From contig CAVTRY010000011.1 of NCBI GenBank assembly GCA_963737265.1, positions 512,001 to 576,000 of the forward strand: 64,000 nucleotides of DNA. The letters run 5' to 3'. Made by a program: the position numbers and the translations under genes. The stretch comes from an uncultured delta proteobacterium. Lineage in GTDB: Bacteria > Myxococcota_A > Polyangia > Fen-1088. A model generated the notes under the pieces. It saw nothing but the letters and a program-made list of their open reading frames with translations. It searched no databases and had not been told where the DNA came from. This document shows, piece by piece, positions 30,924 to 41,414 of the stretch; the first letter of the stretch is position 1; each line of letters starts with the position of its first letter.

Positions 30924-32258
30924 GTGCGCAACTTCAGGTTGGCAGGACTGCCGTTGTCGGTCGCGGCAGCGTTGCTGATGATCTGCGGATGCGGTTCGTC
31001 CAACAATGATGCCCACAACGCGGGGGGCGGAGGGACGGCTGGAAGTGGCGGTGCCGGCGCAATTGGCACCGGCGGTGGGAGTGGCGCTGCAGGCACGGGC
31101 GGCAGTGCAAGCGTGGGCGGTAGCGTGGGCACGGGTGGCGTCGCAGCTGCGGGCGGGACGCCAGCCGCGGGCGGCGCAACGGCGACGGGCGGCGCAGGCA
31201 CGGGTGGCCGTGCAAGCACCGGCGGAGCCGTAGGTACGGGCGGCGCAGGCACTGGCGGCGGCGCAAGCACAGGCGGAGTGCCAGGCACGGGCGGCGCAGG
31301 CACCGGCGGCGGCGCAGGCACCGGCGGCGGCGCAAGCACAGGCGGAGCGCCGGGCGCGGGCGGCGCAGGCACCGGCGGCGGCACAAGCACAGGCGGAGCG
31401 CCAGGCGCGGACGGAGCCGGGGGCGCTCCAGACCCGGCCCTCGAAACGATTGTGGTGCCAGGAGGCACCGGAGTCGGAGTCTCCAAGACCTCGCTCGACA
31501 ATGGCGAGCTTTTCTTGCTTCGCGCGAGCGGCACCGTCGATTTCGGTGGGACGACGATAGATGCGGAGTTCGGCGGTTTTGCCACCGGCACGGACGGCAC
31601 CGATTCCGTCGGGAACGTCGACGTGGGCGTTGATTTCGGGCTCCAGACCGTTCGCTCGGCGGTGACCCCCCCTACTGTCCCACGCATGAAGTGGTTCGGC
31701 GCCTATCGCAGCGACCATGTCTACTACATCATTGTGAACGGAGTAGGTAAACCGCTTTCTCTCAAGCTGCTCCCGCCTACGGCAACGGCCGGATCGGGCG
31801 GCATCACGATATCGCTTTATCGGCTTTCACCCACGCTGCAGACCGTCGGGAAGGTGGTCGACACAGTGATGGCTCCGCTGACCGAGACGACGGTCAAGAG
31901 CGCCATCTCAACGACCCAAAGCACGCTCTACCTCCTGCAATGCAATGGCGAGGGCGCTGTCAGCCCGTGGGGACCGGGCGACGCCGACTATATGGACTAT
32001 GGCGCGGATGGACAAGGAGCAGTCGACATCGGCGATGCCAACACCGACTACGGACTCGGCGTAGACGAGCCCTTCGTGGGCAACGCGAACAGTAACAGTC
32101 CGCGCAAGCGCTGGTGGGGCCTATGGCGGAAGGACCACATCTACTACATGCTCCTCGCCGGGACGGGCAATCCCATCGACTTTGAATTCTACGATTCAGG
32201 CTACGCCGACAACTCAACAACGTTCAAGTTCACGGTGGGAGTTAGAGAGCTGCATTAA
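30924..32258 (+). CDS. Lipoprotein: Gly-rich linker plus two tandem copies of an uncharacterised beta-rich domain
   Basis: Lipobox ICGC. Repeat cores KWFGAYRSDHVYY and RWWGLWRKDHIYY. Start uncertain (ORF open from 30741). Confidence 0.65.
   Translation: MRNFRLAGLPLSVAAALLMICGCGSSNNDAHNAGGGGTAGSGGAGAIGTGGGSGAAGTGGSASVGGSVGTGGVAAAGGTPAAGGATATGGAGTGGRASTGGAVGTGGAGTGGGASTGGVPGTGGAGTGGGAGTGGGASTGGAPGAGGAGTGGGTSTGGAPGADGAGGAPDPALETIVVPGGTGVGVSKTSLDNGELFLLRASGTVDFGGTTIDAEFGGFATGTDGTDSVGNVDVGVDFGLQTVRSAVTPPTVPRMKWFGAYRSDHVYYIIVNGVGKPLSLKLLPPTATAGSGGITISLYRLSPTLQTVGKVVDTVMAPLTETTVKSAISTTQSTLYLLQCNGEGAVSPWGPGDADYMDYGADGQGAVDIGDANTDYGLGVDEPFVGNANSNSPRKRWWGLWRKDHIYYMLLAGTGNPIDFEFYDSGYADNSTTFKFTVGVRELH
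31190..31420 (+). repeat. Coding tandem repeats (about 48-bp unit, GGAGTGGGASTGGAPG)
   Basis: Repeated ggcggcgcaggcac..ggcggcggcgcaagcacaggcggag units inside the linker. Confidence 0.7.
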
Positions 32259-32638
32259 CTGCCAGCGGCTTGGAAGCGAGCGGCAGCTAAGGGCTCGTCA
32301 GAGAATATCTGCGACGATTTGGACGACGATCCATTCCGGCTGGCTTTGTCGTTCGCCGTCGCAACACGTCGAGTATTCCTCGCGGCTCGCCAACCCGGGC
32401 TGACGAGCTCCATAGGCGAGTCTGGCGATGGAAGCCAGGAGACCTCAACACACCCGACGACCAAAAGACCGACGAAACGCGGATGACAGCACCGTCGTGT
32501 CCGATGGGGCGGACGCCCGCGTCGCGCGAAAAGCCTGGCTCATGCGGCGCTACTGGCAAGGACACCGGCTTCTACCGCGAACCGCACGGGGATTTTGGGG
32601 TTGTGCTCATAAGCGGCCCTATGGTAGGTTGGCGGCCG

Positions 32639-33448
32639 ATGGCATTTTTACGTGCACCGCTGGTTCTTGTCTTGGTGACACTCGCATTCGCTGGCTCCGT
32701 CTCCGCCGCCGATGGGGCGAAGTCGAAAGGAGCCCGAGAGAAAGCCGCCAAAAAGGCATGCTCTGTGGGGGACTTCCAAAAGGGTGTGGATATATTGGGA
32801 GATCTCTTCGTGGAAACCAACGACTTCAACTATGTGTACAACCAGGGCCGATGCTATCAACAAAATACCAAATTTGAGCAAGCTGCCAACAGATTTCGTG
32901 AATACCTGCGCAAGGCCAAGGATCTTTCTGACAATGACAGGGCCGAGGTCGATCGTCAAGTCAGCGAATGCGAAACTTCGCTCGCCAGGGCGGCCCAGGT
33001 AGCGCCACCTCCGGTCACCGCGGCGCCGCCGACGGTCGTCCGCGCCGAAACACCGGCCCCTGCGCCTGAACCGGCGACACCCGAGGTCGCGACCAAGCCG
33101 ACCCCACCACCGTCGGACGGCAGTCAGGGCAAGGGCCTGCGCACCGCCGGAATCATCTGCGCGGTGGTCGGGCTGGCCGCGGTAGGCACCGGCGTCGGCT
33201 TGGCCTTGAAAACCCAAAGCATCACCTCCGACGAGAAGAAATCGGGGGGAGCCACCCCGTCCCAGGAAAACGAGCGCAAGTCCCTGATAACCTGGGGCTG
33301 GGTCAGCTACGGCGTCGGCGCGGCAGCTGTCGCGACCGGCGCGATTCTTTATATCGTGGGTTGGCCCAGCGACCAGTCGACCAATGTGGCCCTGTTGCCC
33401 CTCCTCGGCCCCGACGGGGCTTCCGTGATGCTGAAAGGGAAATTCTAA
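32639..33448 (+). CDS. Secreted TPR-like protein with C-terminal TM/beta tail (myxobacterial type)
   Basis: Signal peptide, YNQGRCYQQ..FEQAANRFREYL, Pro linker, two TM segments, terminal KGKF. Confidence 0.65.
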   Translation: MAFLRAPLVLVLVTLAFAGSVSAADGAKSKGAREKAAKKACSVGDFQKGVDILGDLFVETNDFNYVYNQGRCYQQNTKFEQAANRFREYLRKAKDLSDNDRAEVDRQVSECETSLARAAQVAPPPVTAAPPTVVRAETPAPAPEPATPEVATKPTPPPSDGSQGKGLRTAGIICAVVGLAAVGTGVGLALKTQSITSDEKKSGGATPSQENERKSLITWGWVSYGVGAAAVATGAILYIVGWPSDQSTNVALLPLLGPDGASVMLKGKF

Positions 33449-36079
33449 TGCGAACTTATCGCGCGGTGCTCTCCGAGGTTGTTTTTTCCATGTCGGTCGT
33501 CGGCTTGGCAGGCTGTTTTGGCCAGGGCACTGGCCTCAAAGCGAGCGACGGCGCGGTTGCTGGGAGGCAAGTCGACAGTGGCGGAGCGGGCGGAAGCGTA
33601 GGGAAGGGCGGCGCATCGGCAGACGGCTCAGTTTCGTCGGGTGGCAAGTTCGCAATCGATGGACCGGCGTCGACAGGCGGCAGCGCCGCCGGTGCGGGTG
33701 GTGGCGGTGGTCTCGCTGGCAATGTTGCTGGCGGCGCCGGAGGTACCTCAATCGGAGATGCACCTCTCGCAAGCTCGGGTGGTGCGGGAAGTGGAGGCAC
33801 CGCTGGCGGCGCGGGCGGAACAACCGTAGGGGCTGGCGGCGCTGGCGGAATCGTGATTGCAGATGGCGGCGCCGGAGGTACCTCCGTGGTGGACGCTCCG
33901 CTCGCGGGCTCGGGTGGTGCGGGAAGTGGGGGGGCCACTGTCGGCGCGGGTGGCAGCGGCGCGGGCGGCAGCGGCACGGGCGGCACGACGACCTTGTCCA
34001 CCGGTGCCACTTGCCAGACCGATAGCCAGTGCACGCTCGGCTTCTGTGTCGACGGCGTTTGTTGCAACAGCAGGTGCGCCGGACAATGCCAGGCCTGCGC
34101 CGAGACTGGTAGCGTTGGGACATGCGCGACGGTCACTTCTGGAAGCCCCCGGGGCTCTCGCACGGCCTGCAGCGGCACTGACAATTGCAAGGGCACCTGT
34201 GATGGTTCCAGCGCGGCGTCATGCCAGATGCCCAACAATGAGACCCTCTGCAAGAGCGAAAGCTGCTCGGCCGATCAACATACGCCCGCTTCGTATTGTA
34301 ATGGCAACGGAACCTGTCCTACCCAGAATGCGTTGCCATGCGGGAGCGGCGCGTGCGCAACCGACGGAAGTGGCACATGCCTCGGCTCCTGCACGGCAAA
34401 CTCCTGCCCTACCGGCCAATATTGTGCTTCCACGGGCAGCTGCACACCGAAGAAGGGTGCCGGAACCGGAAACACGTGCGCGACGGGGACCGAGTGTAGT
34501 GCTGGCTTCTGCGCACCAGATGGCATTTGCTGCCAGTCGGCGTGCACCGGGCAATGCCAGACCTGCAACAACAGCACTGGGCTCTGTACCCGAGTCGCCT
34601 CGGGCCAGCCCGTGGGAGGCCGGGGCGCGTGCACGAACTCTACCGACAGTACCTGCGGCGGGCGTTGCGACAACACCTCCGACAATTGCAGCTATCAAAC
34701 CGGCAAGAGCTGCGGGACCAATTCTTGCTCGACGCCGAGCTATACCTCGCAGATCGCCCCGGTTTGCGATGGAACGGGTTACTGTAACACTTCGGCGACG
34801 ACCGCCTGCGGGGGAAGCCAGGTTTGTGTGGGCAGCGGCTGCACGTCGAAGATTGCAACTAATGGCTCAACCACATGCCAAGTCGACGGACAATGCGCAA
34901 GCGGACACTGTTGTGGTGGAACCTGCCGAGACTGGAGCAGTGATAGCTCCAATTGTGGTGGATGCGGGAGCAGTGGAGCTAGCCACGTGTGTACGTCTCC
35001 GCAAACGTGCGGCGGTAGCGGAACCCCCGGTGTGTGTGGGTCCGCCGGCACGAGCCAGGGTGGAACCTGCTCGAACAACCGCCCAGTGCGCTGCCGGCCT
35101 CTACTGCACCGATGGTGTGTGCTGCACGACGCAGTCGTCCTGCGGAACCTGCAAGGCATGCAACGTCCCAGGCAATCAGGGAACGTGCAGCCCAGTCGCT
35201 GTAGGCACCACCGATCCGGCGTGCCCGAATAATTCGACCAACTGCATGGCCGGCGGTTGCAACGGTTCAGGATCGTGTAACGCTAGCCCGGCAGGCACTG
35301 CTTGCGGCTCTGTTTCTGTTTGCACGGACGATGCGTCTATTACCGCGGGCCAGCGGAACACGACGTCGAGCTACTACCAGATGAAATGCAACGGTACCGC
35401 GGGCTCTGCCGGCTGCGTGGCGTCGACGCTGGCGTCATGCAATGTCGGCTTGACCTGCGCAAGCTCAACCACGTGCAAGACGCAATGCTTTAAAGACTCA
35501 GATTGCGTGTGGGGTTACTACTGCGACGGCAACACCTACATGTGTAGTCCAAAGAAGGGCAACGGGACTCAAGTCTTCTGTTCGAGAGCGATGGAGTGCA
35601 CCAGCGGCGCCTGCCAGGCCACCGAACTCCAGAGTCTTCTCCACTGCACCGAGTGTTCGTCGGGTTACAGCTCCTTCGACAGTTATTCGAATTACAGCTG
35701 CGATTTGGGGACGGACGGGCTTGCTCAGATTTGCTCATCAGGAAACGGCGAACCTTTCTGCACCCCCTATCAGGGAGGATGCGCCTCCGGCCCCACCACC
35801 ATCTGCCCGCCCAACGCTCCAAACTGCAACAGCAGTAGCGGCCACTGTCTTTGCGGAACCGGAAACCCATGCAGTCATCTGGGAGATATCTGCGTGAACA
35901 ACGGGCAATGCAAGATGACCGGCGGGTTTCCTTGTATCAATCCCAACGACTGCGCCTACGGGACATGCAGCGGCGGTGTTTGCCCCCAGATGCCTACGGG
36001 ACAGCCGTGCACCGGCCTGCTGATTCCGAATCAGGAATGTGCGAACGGGACCTGCCCCTTCTCCAAAATTTGCCCGTGA
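33448..36079 (+). CDS. Large Cys-rich lipoprotein (frameshift near 35080)
   Basis: TAATG coupling to the upstream gene, lipobox LAGC, Gly linker, repeated C..G.C.DG.CC...C.G.C..C modules, D..NCGGCG. Continues in the 33857 frame. Confidence 0.75.
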
Positions 36080-36312
36080 ATGAGAGCCCGCCCCGCCTGC
36101 ATTAACAGCTAGCAAGTAGCAGGCGCGGGGCTCAGGCCCACCCAAGTCAGCTGAGCAATCGCCTCGTCAATGCAGTGTTCCAGCAGGCGGCGTTGGACCC
36201 GCTCTGGCGGCACGGTACGGAGCCTTGGATCGGCACCAGCCTAGCGGTGGCTTTTAGTTCGCCACTGACTGTCATAGGCAACGGAAAAGGCGCCCGTGTC
36301 GCACGAAAAGTC

Positions 36313-36328
36313 TGGCACACCAAAGGCC
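36313..36328 (+). promoter_or_regulatory. Possible sigma-54 promoter
   Basis: TGGCACACCAAAGGCC (GG-N10-GC); the -12 element is weak. Confidence 0.3.
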
Positions 36329-36396
36329 ATAACACTATTATTTGGCAAATAGGTTCTGATATACCTCGAACGGCAACAACCCATGCGGAGATAGCC

Positions 36397-38541
36397 ATGC
36401 AGAGATCCACGAGTTCTTCATCGGCAACGAAAATGGCCGCGCGGCCCCGGCTCCGGCGCGTTCTGGCCACGGTGTTTGGCGCCGCTATCGGCTTGGCCGC
36501 CTTGGCCTGGTTTCTGATTCGCGTCCTGCCCAAACCGAGTCGGGCGAGCTATCCTTGCCAGCGCGCCGCCTTTCCGGTGGCTTCGGCGTTTGTGCTGTGG
36601 ATCGCAGGGGCGCTCGGCGGCTGGGCGCTGGCCACGCGTTTTCGTCTGCGCATTCCACGCCTCCGGCACGCGGCGATGGTGCTCGGCCTCATCACAGTGG
36701 CCGGTCTCGCCTCGTGGCACGCCTCCCGGGCCGATACCACACCCAATCAGCCCGTTGGGACCGCACGGGGTATCAACCCAGGCCGCGTGGCGTGGAGCCG
36801 CGATCCCGCTGCTGCCCTGTGGAGCGGCAACAACAGCGACGGCACGCACTGGTGGGATCCCACCAAGACGGACCAGACCAAAGTCGATGCCCTGCTGTCG
36901 TCTAGCTTGCAGTCGCTCACCGGCACGACCAGCGACGCGGCCGCCTGGGACGCTCTTTTTCACAGCTTCAACGTGCGGCGTGGAAACGGCGACATCGGGT
37001 ATGCGGCATCCACTCGCAAGGGCATCGCCATCAAGATCAACCAGAATCCGGCTAGCGATGTGAACTACACCTATAGCAACAACGGCGTCCAAGGTCAGCC
37101 TAACGTCATTACCGGCAACCCACACTTGCTCCTCTCACTGGTCAATTCGCTGGTCGCCGCTGGCGTGGCGGAGACCGATATCGTCATCTCGGATCCCACG
37201 AGCATGAACGTTGGGTGGCAGGGGCCCCGCGTGATCGGCGACAGTATCTACAACTACGTGCATCCATTGCACCCAGGCGTGCACTTCGTGGACGGCATCG
37301 GCAAGAATGGCCGCGAGATCGCGACCTGGCCAAACTCGGATCAAATCGTCTACCCGAAAAACGAGGGGGCGGGCACGAAGATCGAGCAGCACTTCCTGGA
37401 TGCCGGCTTCATCATCAACATGGCGATCTTGAAGAGCCATGGCTCTGGCGATGGCCCCACCCTGTGCTTCAAGAACCACTACGGCACTATCAGTGGCCAG
37501 GCGCACGGGTCGTACTACGGCAACAGTGGGGGCTTCCCAACCTACTACTCGAATCTTGTCCCGCCCATGGGACACCAGGAGCTCGGCGAGAAGGAAATGC
37601 TCTTCATGCTCGACGCTCTCTACGGCGCGTCTTCCCCCAACGTCGTCCCCACAAAATGGAAGATGGCGCCCTTCAACAACAACTGGCCCAGCAGCGTGTT
37701 TGTGTCGCAGGACGCAGTTGCCATCGATTCCGTGGGCTTCGATTTTCTCTACAACGAGTTTGGCTTGCCCTCGAACAGTGACAACTACCTCTACGATGCG
37801 GCCTCGTCCCCCAAGAAGTCGGGCGTCGTCTACCAACCCACTGCGGGAAGCAACGCGGTCCTAGGTAGTTTGGGCGTGCACGAACACTGGAACAACCCGA
37901 CCAGCAAGCAGTATTCGCGCAACCTGAATCCCACGACTGGCCAGGGCATCGAGTTGGTGGCCCTAACTCCTGGTACCAGCACCGGCACGGGTGGCGCGAG
38001 CGGCACGGGTGGCGCGAGCGGCACGGGTGGCGCAGGCGGCACGGGTGGCGCAAGCGGCACGGGCGGCGCAAGCGGCACGGGCGGCGCAAGCGGCGCGGTC
38101 GGCACGGGCGGCAGCGCGGTCGGCACGGGTGGAAAAGGTACGGGAGGCGTGGTGGTCAGCAGTGGCGGCGCGGTTGGCGCCGGCGGGACCGTTTTGCCAG
38201 GGAATGGCGGCGCAACCCCTTCGGGCGGAGCGGTTGCCTCAGGTGGCGAAAAGAGCAGCGGCGGCGTCACCAGCTCCGGCGGGACGACGGCCGTCGCCAG
38301 CAACGGCGGCGCGCTTGGCGCGGGTGGCACACAAAGCAAGGGTGGTGCAACCTCGGCGGGCGGCAACGCGCAGTTCTCGGGCAGCGGCGGCGCAGGCGCG
38401 GGTGGCGCCTCGGCCAGCACAGCATCGACCGGCGGCGGTTCCTGCGCGATCGGCGGCTCGCCCAACAAGAGCGGGGTCGGCCTACTCGTGCTGTTCGTCC
38501 TGGGAGCGTTCACCTTCCGGCGCGGGCGCAGAAGTCGATAG
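36397..38541 (+). CDS. DUF362-domain surface protein with MYXO-CTERM-like C-terminal anchor
   Basis: PKPSRASYPCQRAAFP, GINPGRVAW, IAIKIN, INMAILKSH, KNHYG, SQDAVAIDSVGFDFL, GVHEHWNN. Gly linker, then GGGSCAIG-TM-RRGRR. Confidence 0.75.
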   Translation: MQRSTSSSSATKMAARPRLRRVLATVFGAAIGLAALAWFLIRVLPKPSRASYPCQRAAFPVASAFVLWIAGALGGWALATRFRLRIPRLRHAAMVLGLITVAGLASWHASRADTTPNQPVGTARGINPGRVAWSRDPAAALWSGNNSDGTHWWDPTKTDQTKVDALLSSSLQSLTGTTSDAAAWDALFHSFNVRRGNGDIGYAASTRKGIAIKINQNPASDVNYTYSNNGVQGQPNVITGNPHLLLSLVNSLVAAGVAETDIVISDPTSMNVGWQGPRVIGDSIYNYVHPLHPGVHFVDGIGKNGREIATWPNSDQIVYPKNEGAGTKIEQHFLDAGFIINMAILKSHGSGDGPTLCFKNHYGTISGQAHGSYYGNSGGFPTYYSNLVPPMGHQELGEKEMLFMLDALYGASSPNVVPTKWKMAPFNNNWPSSVFVSQDAVAIDSVGFDFLYNEFGLPSNSDNYLYDAASSPKKSGVVYQPTAGSNAVLGSLGVHEHWNNPTSKQYSRNLNPTTGQGIELVALTPGTSTGTGGASGTGGASGTGGAGGTGGASGTGGASGTGGASGAVGTGGSAVGTGGKGTGGVVVSSGGAVGAGGTVLPGNGGATPSGGAVASGGEKSSGGVTSSGGTTAVASNGGALGAGGTQSKGGATSAGGNAQFSGSGGAGAGGASASTASTGGGSCAIGGSPNKSGVGLLVLFVLGAFTFRRGRRSR
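37984..38095 (+). repeat. 18-bp coding tandem repeat (GTGGAS x about 6)
   Basis: ggcacgggtggcgcgagc-type units. Confidence 0.75.
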
Positions 38542-38609
38542 ACGACCTTCCGTGCGCGCAAGGAGCGCCCGCAACTGGGTTGCGGGCGTGGGGTGCGAGT
38601 AGCGCGTTC

Positions 38610-38722
38610 TTTCACCACAGAGGACGCAGAGAAACAGAGCCCGGACAGGAACCATTCGGATCTCGGATCCGGACCCCTTCTTTCTCCGAAGTCTCTGGGT
38701 GCTCGGTGACTCTGTGGTGAAA
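38610..38722. repeat. Intergenic palindromic element (CACAGAG-type REP-like)
   Basis: TTTCACCACAGAG ... CTCTGTGGTGAAA is a perfect 13-bp IR, extended inward by ~9-nt CAGAG/CTCTG periodic units. Confidence 0.7.
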
Positions 38723-38736
38723 CCCAGCCGTGAGCC

Positions 38737-39180
38737 ATGCGCAGACCGGTTCTGTTGCTCAGCCTCCTCGGTTGCCTCGCCTGCGCCAGCCAGGGTCGCG
38801 ACGGGCGTGCACGTGCGGTCGGCCCCGCCCCCGAGCCGACACGCGAAATGCCATTCGTCAGCGAGGGGCGCGCCAGCTACTACGCACGCTCGCTGGCAGG
38901 ACATAAGACCGCATCTGGCGAGCTCTACGATCCCGAGCGTTTGACCGCCGCGCACCGCAGCCTACCGCTGGGAACGATCATTCGGGTGACCCGTTTGCCG
39001 GATGGCCCGTCGGTCGCGGTTCGGGTAAACGATCGCTGCGGCTGTCAACACGGCCACATCATCGATCTCTCCGAGTCCGCCGCCCGCAAGCTGGACATGC
39101 TTCGACTGGGAACCGTGCCGGTCAGCATCGCAGTGCTCGGCCACCATCCCATGGGGAACACGGTCAGCGGCGAACCATAA
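38737..39180 (+). CDS. rlpA: RlpA family (DPBB) lipoprotein
   Basis: GRASYY, TASGELYD, TAAHRSLPLGT, VRVNDR, IIDLS. Confidence 0.85.
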   Translation: MRRPVLLLSLLGCLACASQGRDGRARAVGPAPEPTREMPFVSEGRASYYARSLAGHKTASGELYDPERLTAAHRSLPLGTIIRVTRLPDGPSVAVRVNDRCGCQHGHIIDLSESAARKLDMLRLGTVPVSIAVLGHHPMGNTVSGEP

Positions 39181-39288
39181 TGTCCGCGTCGATGTTATGA
39201 GAGTCGTACCGCTCCGTCGGTGCCGCCGGGTCAAGGACTTGGACCGCTTCAATTGCCATGAATATTCCCCCTCCGAACGATGCCTTGA

Positions 39289-41271
39289 CTAGCCGACCCC
39301 TCGTTTAGCAATCAGTGCGTCGACGATCGACGGGTCGGCCAGGGTCGTCGTATCGCCCATGTCGTCGGTCTTGCCCGCGGCAATGTTACGGAGAATTCGC
39401 CGCATGATCTTTCCCGAGCGGGTCTTGGGCAGGCCCGGCGCGATGAGAACGACGTCGGGCGTGGCAAAGGGGCCGATGTGGTGACGAACCTCGTTCTTGA
39501 GCTCGCCGATGAGCTCTGGATTTTCGCTCCAGCCTGCATGGAGAATTACGAAAGCAAAGATGCCCTGACCTTTGATCTCGTGCGGATAGCCCACCACCGC
39601 AGCCTCGGCGCAAGCGGGATGGGTGACCAGCGCGCTCTCGACCTCGGCGGTGCCCAGGCGATGACCCGAGACATTGATGACGTCGTCGACGCGGCCGGTG
39701 ATCCAATAGTAGCCGTCCTCATCGCGGCGACAGCCGTCGCCGGTGAGGTAATAGCCGTGGAATGGCCGCAAATAGGTCTGAACGAAGCGAGGATGATCGT
39801 TTTGGATGGTGCGGGCCATACCCGGCCACGGTCGTTTGATGGCCAGCAGGCCGGACACGTTGTTGCCTTGCAATTCCTTTCCCTGTTCGTCGAGCACGAC
39901 TGGCTCGACGCCGAAGAACGGAAACGTGGCCGAGCCGGGTTTAAGCGGCGTGGCGCCGGGCAACGGAGTGATCATGATGCCCCCGGTTTCGGTCTGCCAC
40001 CAGGTGTCCACGATAGGGCAGCGTCCCTCGCCCACCACGTCGTGGTACCAGCGCCACGCCTCTGGATTGATGGGCTCGCCGACCGTGCCGAGGATGCGCA
40101 GCGAGGACCGATCGTGGGCCTTGACGAAAGCGTCGCCCTCGCGGGCCACGGCGCGAATGGCGGTGGGCGCGGTGTAGAACTGGTTCACGCGGTGGCGCTC
40201 GACCAGATCCCAATAGCGGCCCGAATCGGGATAAAGCGGCACGCTCTCGAACAGCAAGGTCGTGGCGCCGTTGCACAGCGGCCCATAGACCACATACGAG
40301 TGGCCGGTGATCCAGCCTACCTCGGCCACGCACGCATAGACGTCGCCGTCGTGGTAGTCGAAAACAAATTTATGAGTAAGCGCGGCCTGCAGCAGGTATC
40401 CCGCCGTGGTGTGTGCCACGCCCTTGGGGCGACCGGTGCTGCCCGAGGTGTAGAGGAGAAATAGCGTGTCCTCGCTGTCCATGTGTTCGATGGGGCAGTA
40501 GGTGCGTTCGCCGTCCATCGCTTCGCGCAGCCAGATGTCGCGTTGAGGGTAGAAGGGAACCTTGTTGCCCGTTCGCCGCGCCACGAACACCGTGCGCACC
40601 GTGGGGCAGGCCATCACCGCCTCGTCGACCGTACGTTTGAGCGAGATGATCTTGCCGCCGCGCACGCCCTCGTCGGCCGTGATCACGGTCGTGCAGCGCG
40701 CGTCGTTGATGCGGTCGCGCAGGCTCTCGGCCGAGAAGCCCGCGAACACGACATTGTGCACGGCCCCGATGCGCGCGCAGGCCAACATCGCATAGACAGC
40801 CTCTAGGATCATCGGCAGGTAGATGGCAACCCGGTCGCCTTTGCGGACGCCGTTGTGGCGAAGAACATTGGCCAGCCGACACACCTCGCGCTGGAGCTCG
40901 CGATAGGTGACGCTCCTGCCCTCGCCTGGCGCGTCCGACTCCCAAATCAGAGCGACTTGGTCGCCTTTTTCGGCCACATGCCTGTCGACGCAATTGTGGC
41001 AGGCGTTGAGGCGGCCGTTGAGGAACCAAGCCACCTGGCCATATTCGAAATCGCAATCGCTCACCTGGCTGAATGGATGGAACCAGGCCAGGGTTTCGAG
41101 AGCGCGCTGACGCCAGAAGGCGTCGGGATCCTTCAGGCTTTCCGCGTACAGCTTGAGGTAGGCCTCGAACGACGGAATGTGCGCGCGCCGGCTTAGCTCC
41201 GCGGGCAGCGCCATCGACGCGCTAAGGCTGGCGGCTACGTCGGTCTTGGGGGACGTCGCAGGCATGGGCAT
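39289..41271 (-). CDS. acs: Acetyl-CoA synthetase
   Basis: [52 protein letters not shown]. Confidence 0.95.
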   Translation of the reverse strand: MPMPATSPKTDVAASLSASMALPAELSRRAHIPSFEAYLKLYAESLKDPDAFWRQRALETLAWFHPFSQVSDCDFEYGQVAWFLNGRLNACHNCVDRHVAEKGDQVALIWESDAPGEGRSVTYRELQREVCRLANVLRHNGVRKGDRVAIYLPMILEAVYAMLACARIGAVHNVVFAGFSAESLRDRINDARCTTVITADEGVRGGKIISLKRTVDEAVMACPTVRTVFVARRTGNKVPFYPQRDIWLREAMDGERTYCPIEHMDSEDTLFLLYTSGSTGRPKGVAHTTAGYLLQAALTHKFVFDYHDGDVYACVAEVGWITGHSYVVYGPLCNGATTLLFESVPLYPDSGRYWDLVERHRVNQFYTAPTAIRAVAREGDAFVKAHDRSSLRILGTVGEPINPEAWRWYHDVVGEGRCPIVDTWWQTETGGIMITPLPGATPLKPGSATFPFFGVEPVVLDEQGKELQGNNVSGLLAIKRPWPGMARTIQNDHPRFVQTYLRPFHGYYLTGDGCRRDEDGYYWITGRVDDVINVSGHRLGTAEVESALVTHPACAEAAVVGYPHEIKGQGIFAFVILHAGWSENPELIGELKNEVRHHIGPFATPDVVLIAPGLPKTRSGKIMRRILRNIAAGKTDDMGDTTTLADPSIVDALIAKRGVG

Positions 41272-41414
41272 CCTTTCGCGGTGCGGGTTTGGATGCTCTG
41301 TGCAGGAATTTCGTTTCACTTGCACGCGCCGCCGGGCCATGCTTTCGGCAAGGGCACAAGTTCTGGGCTAAAATTACTGGGCCCAGGCCCGCGCAGCTCT
41401 CCCGCAGTAGCAGC

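Noticed and set aside
31190-38110. CRISPR-like repeat arrays
   Set aside because: The repeats are in-frame Gly/Thr/Ala linker codons without unique spacers, and there are no cas genes.
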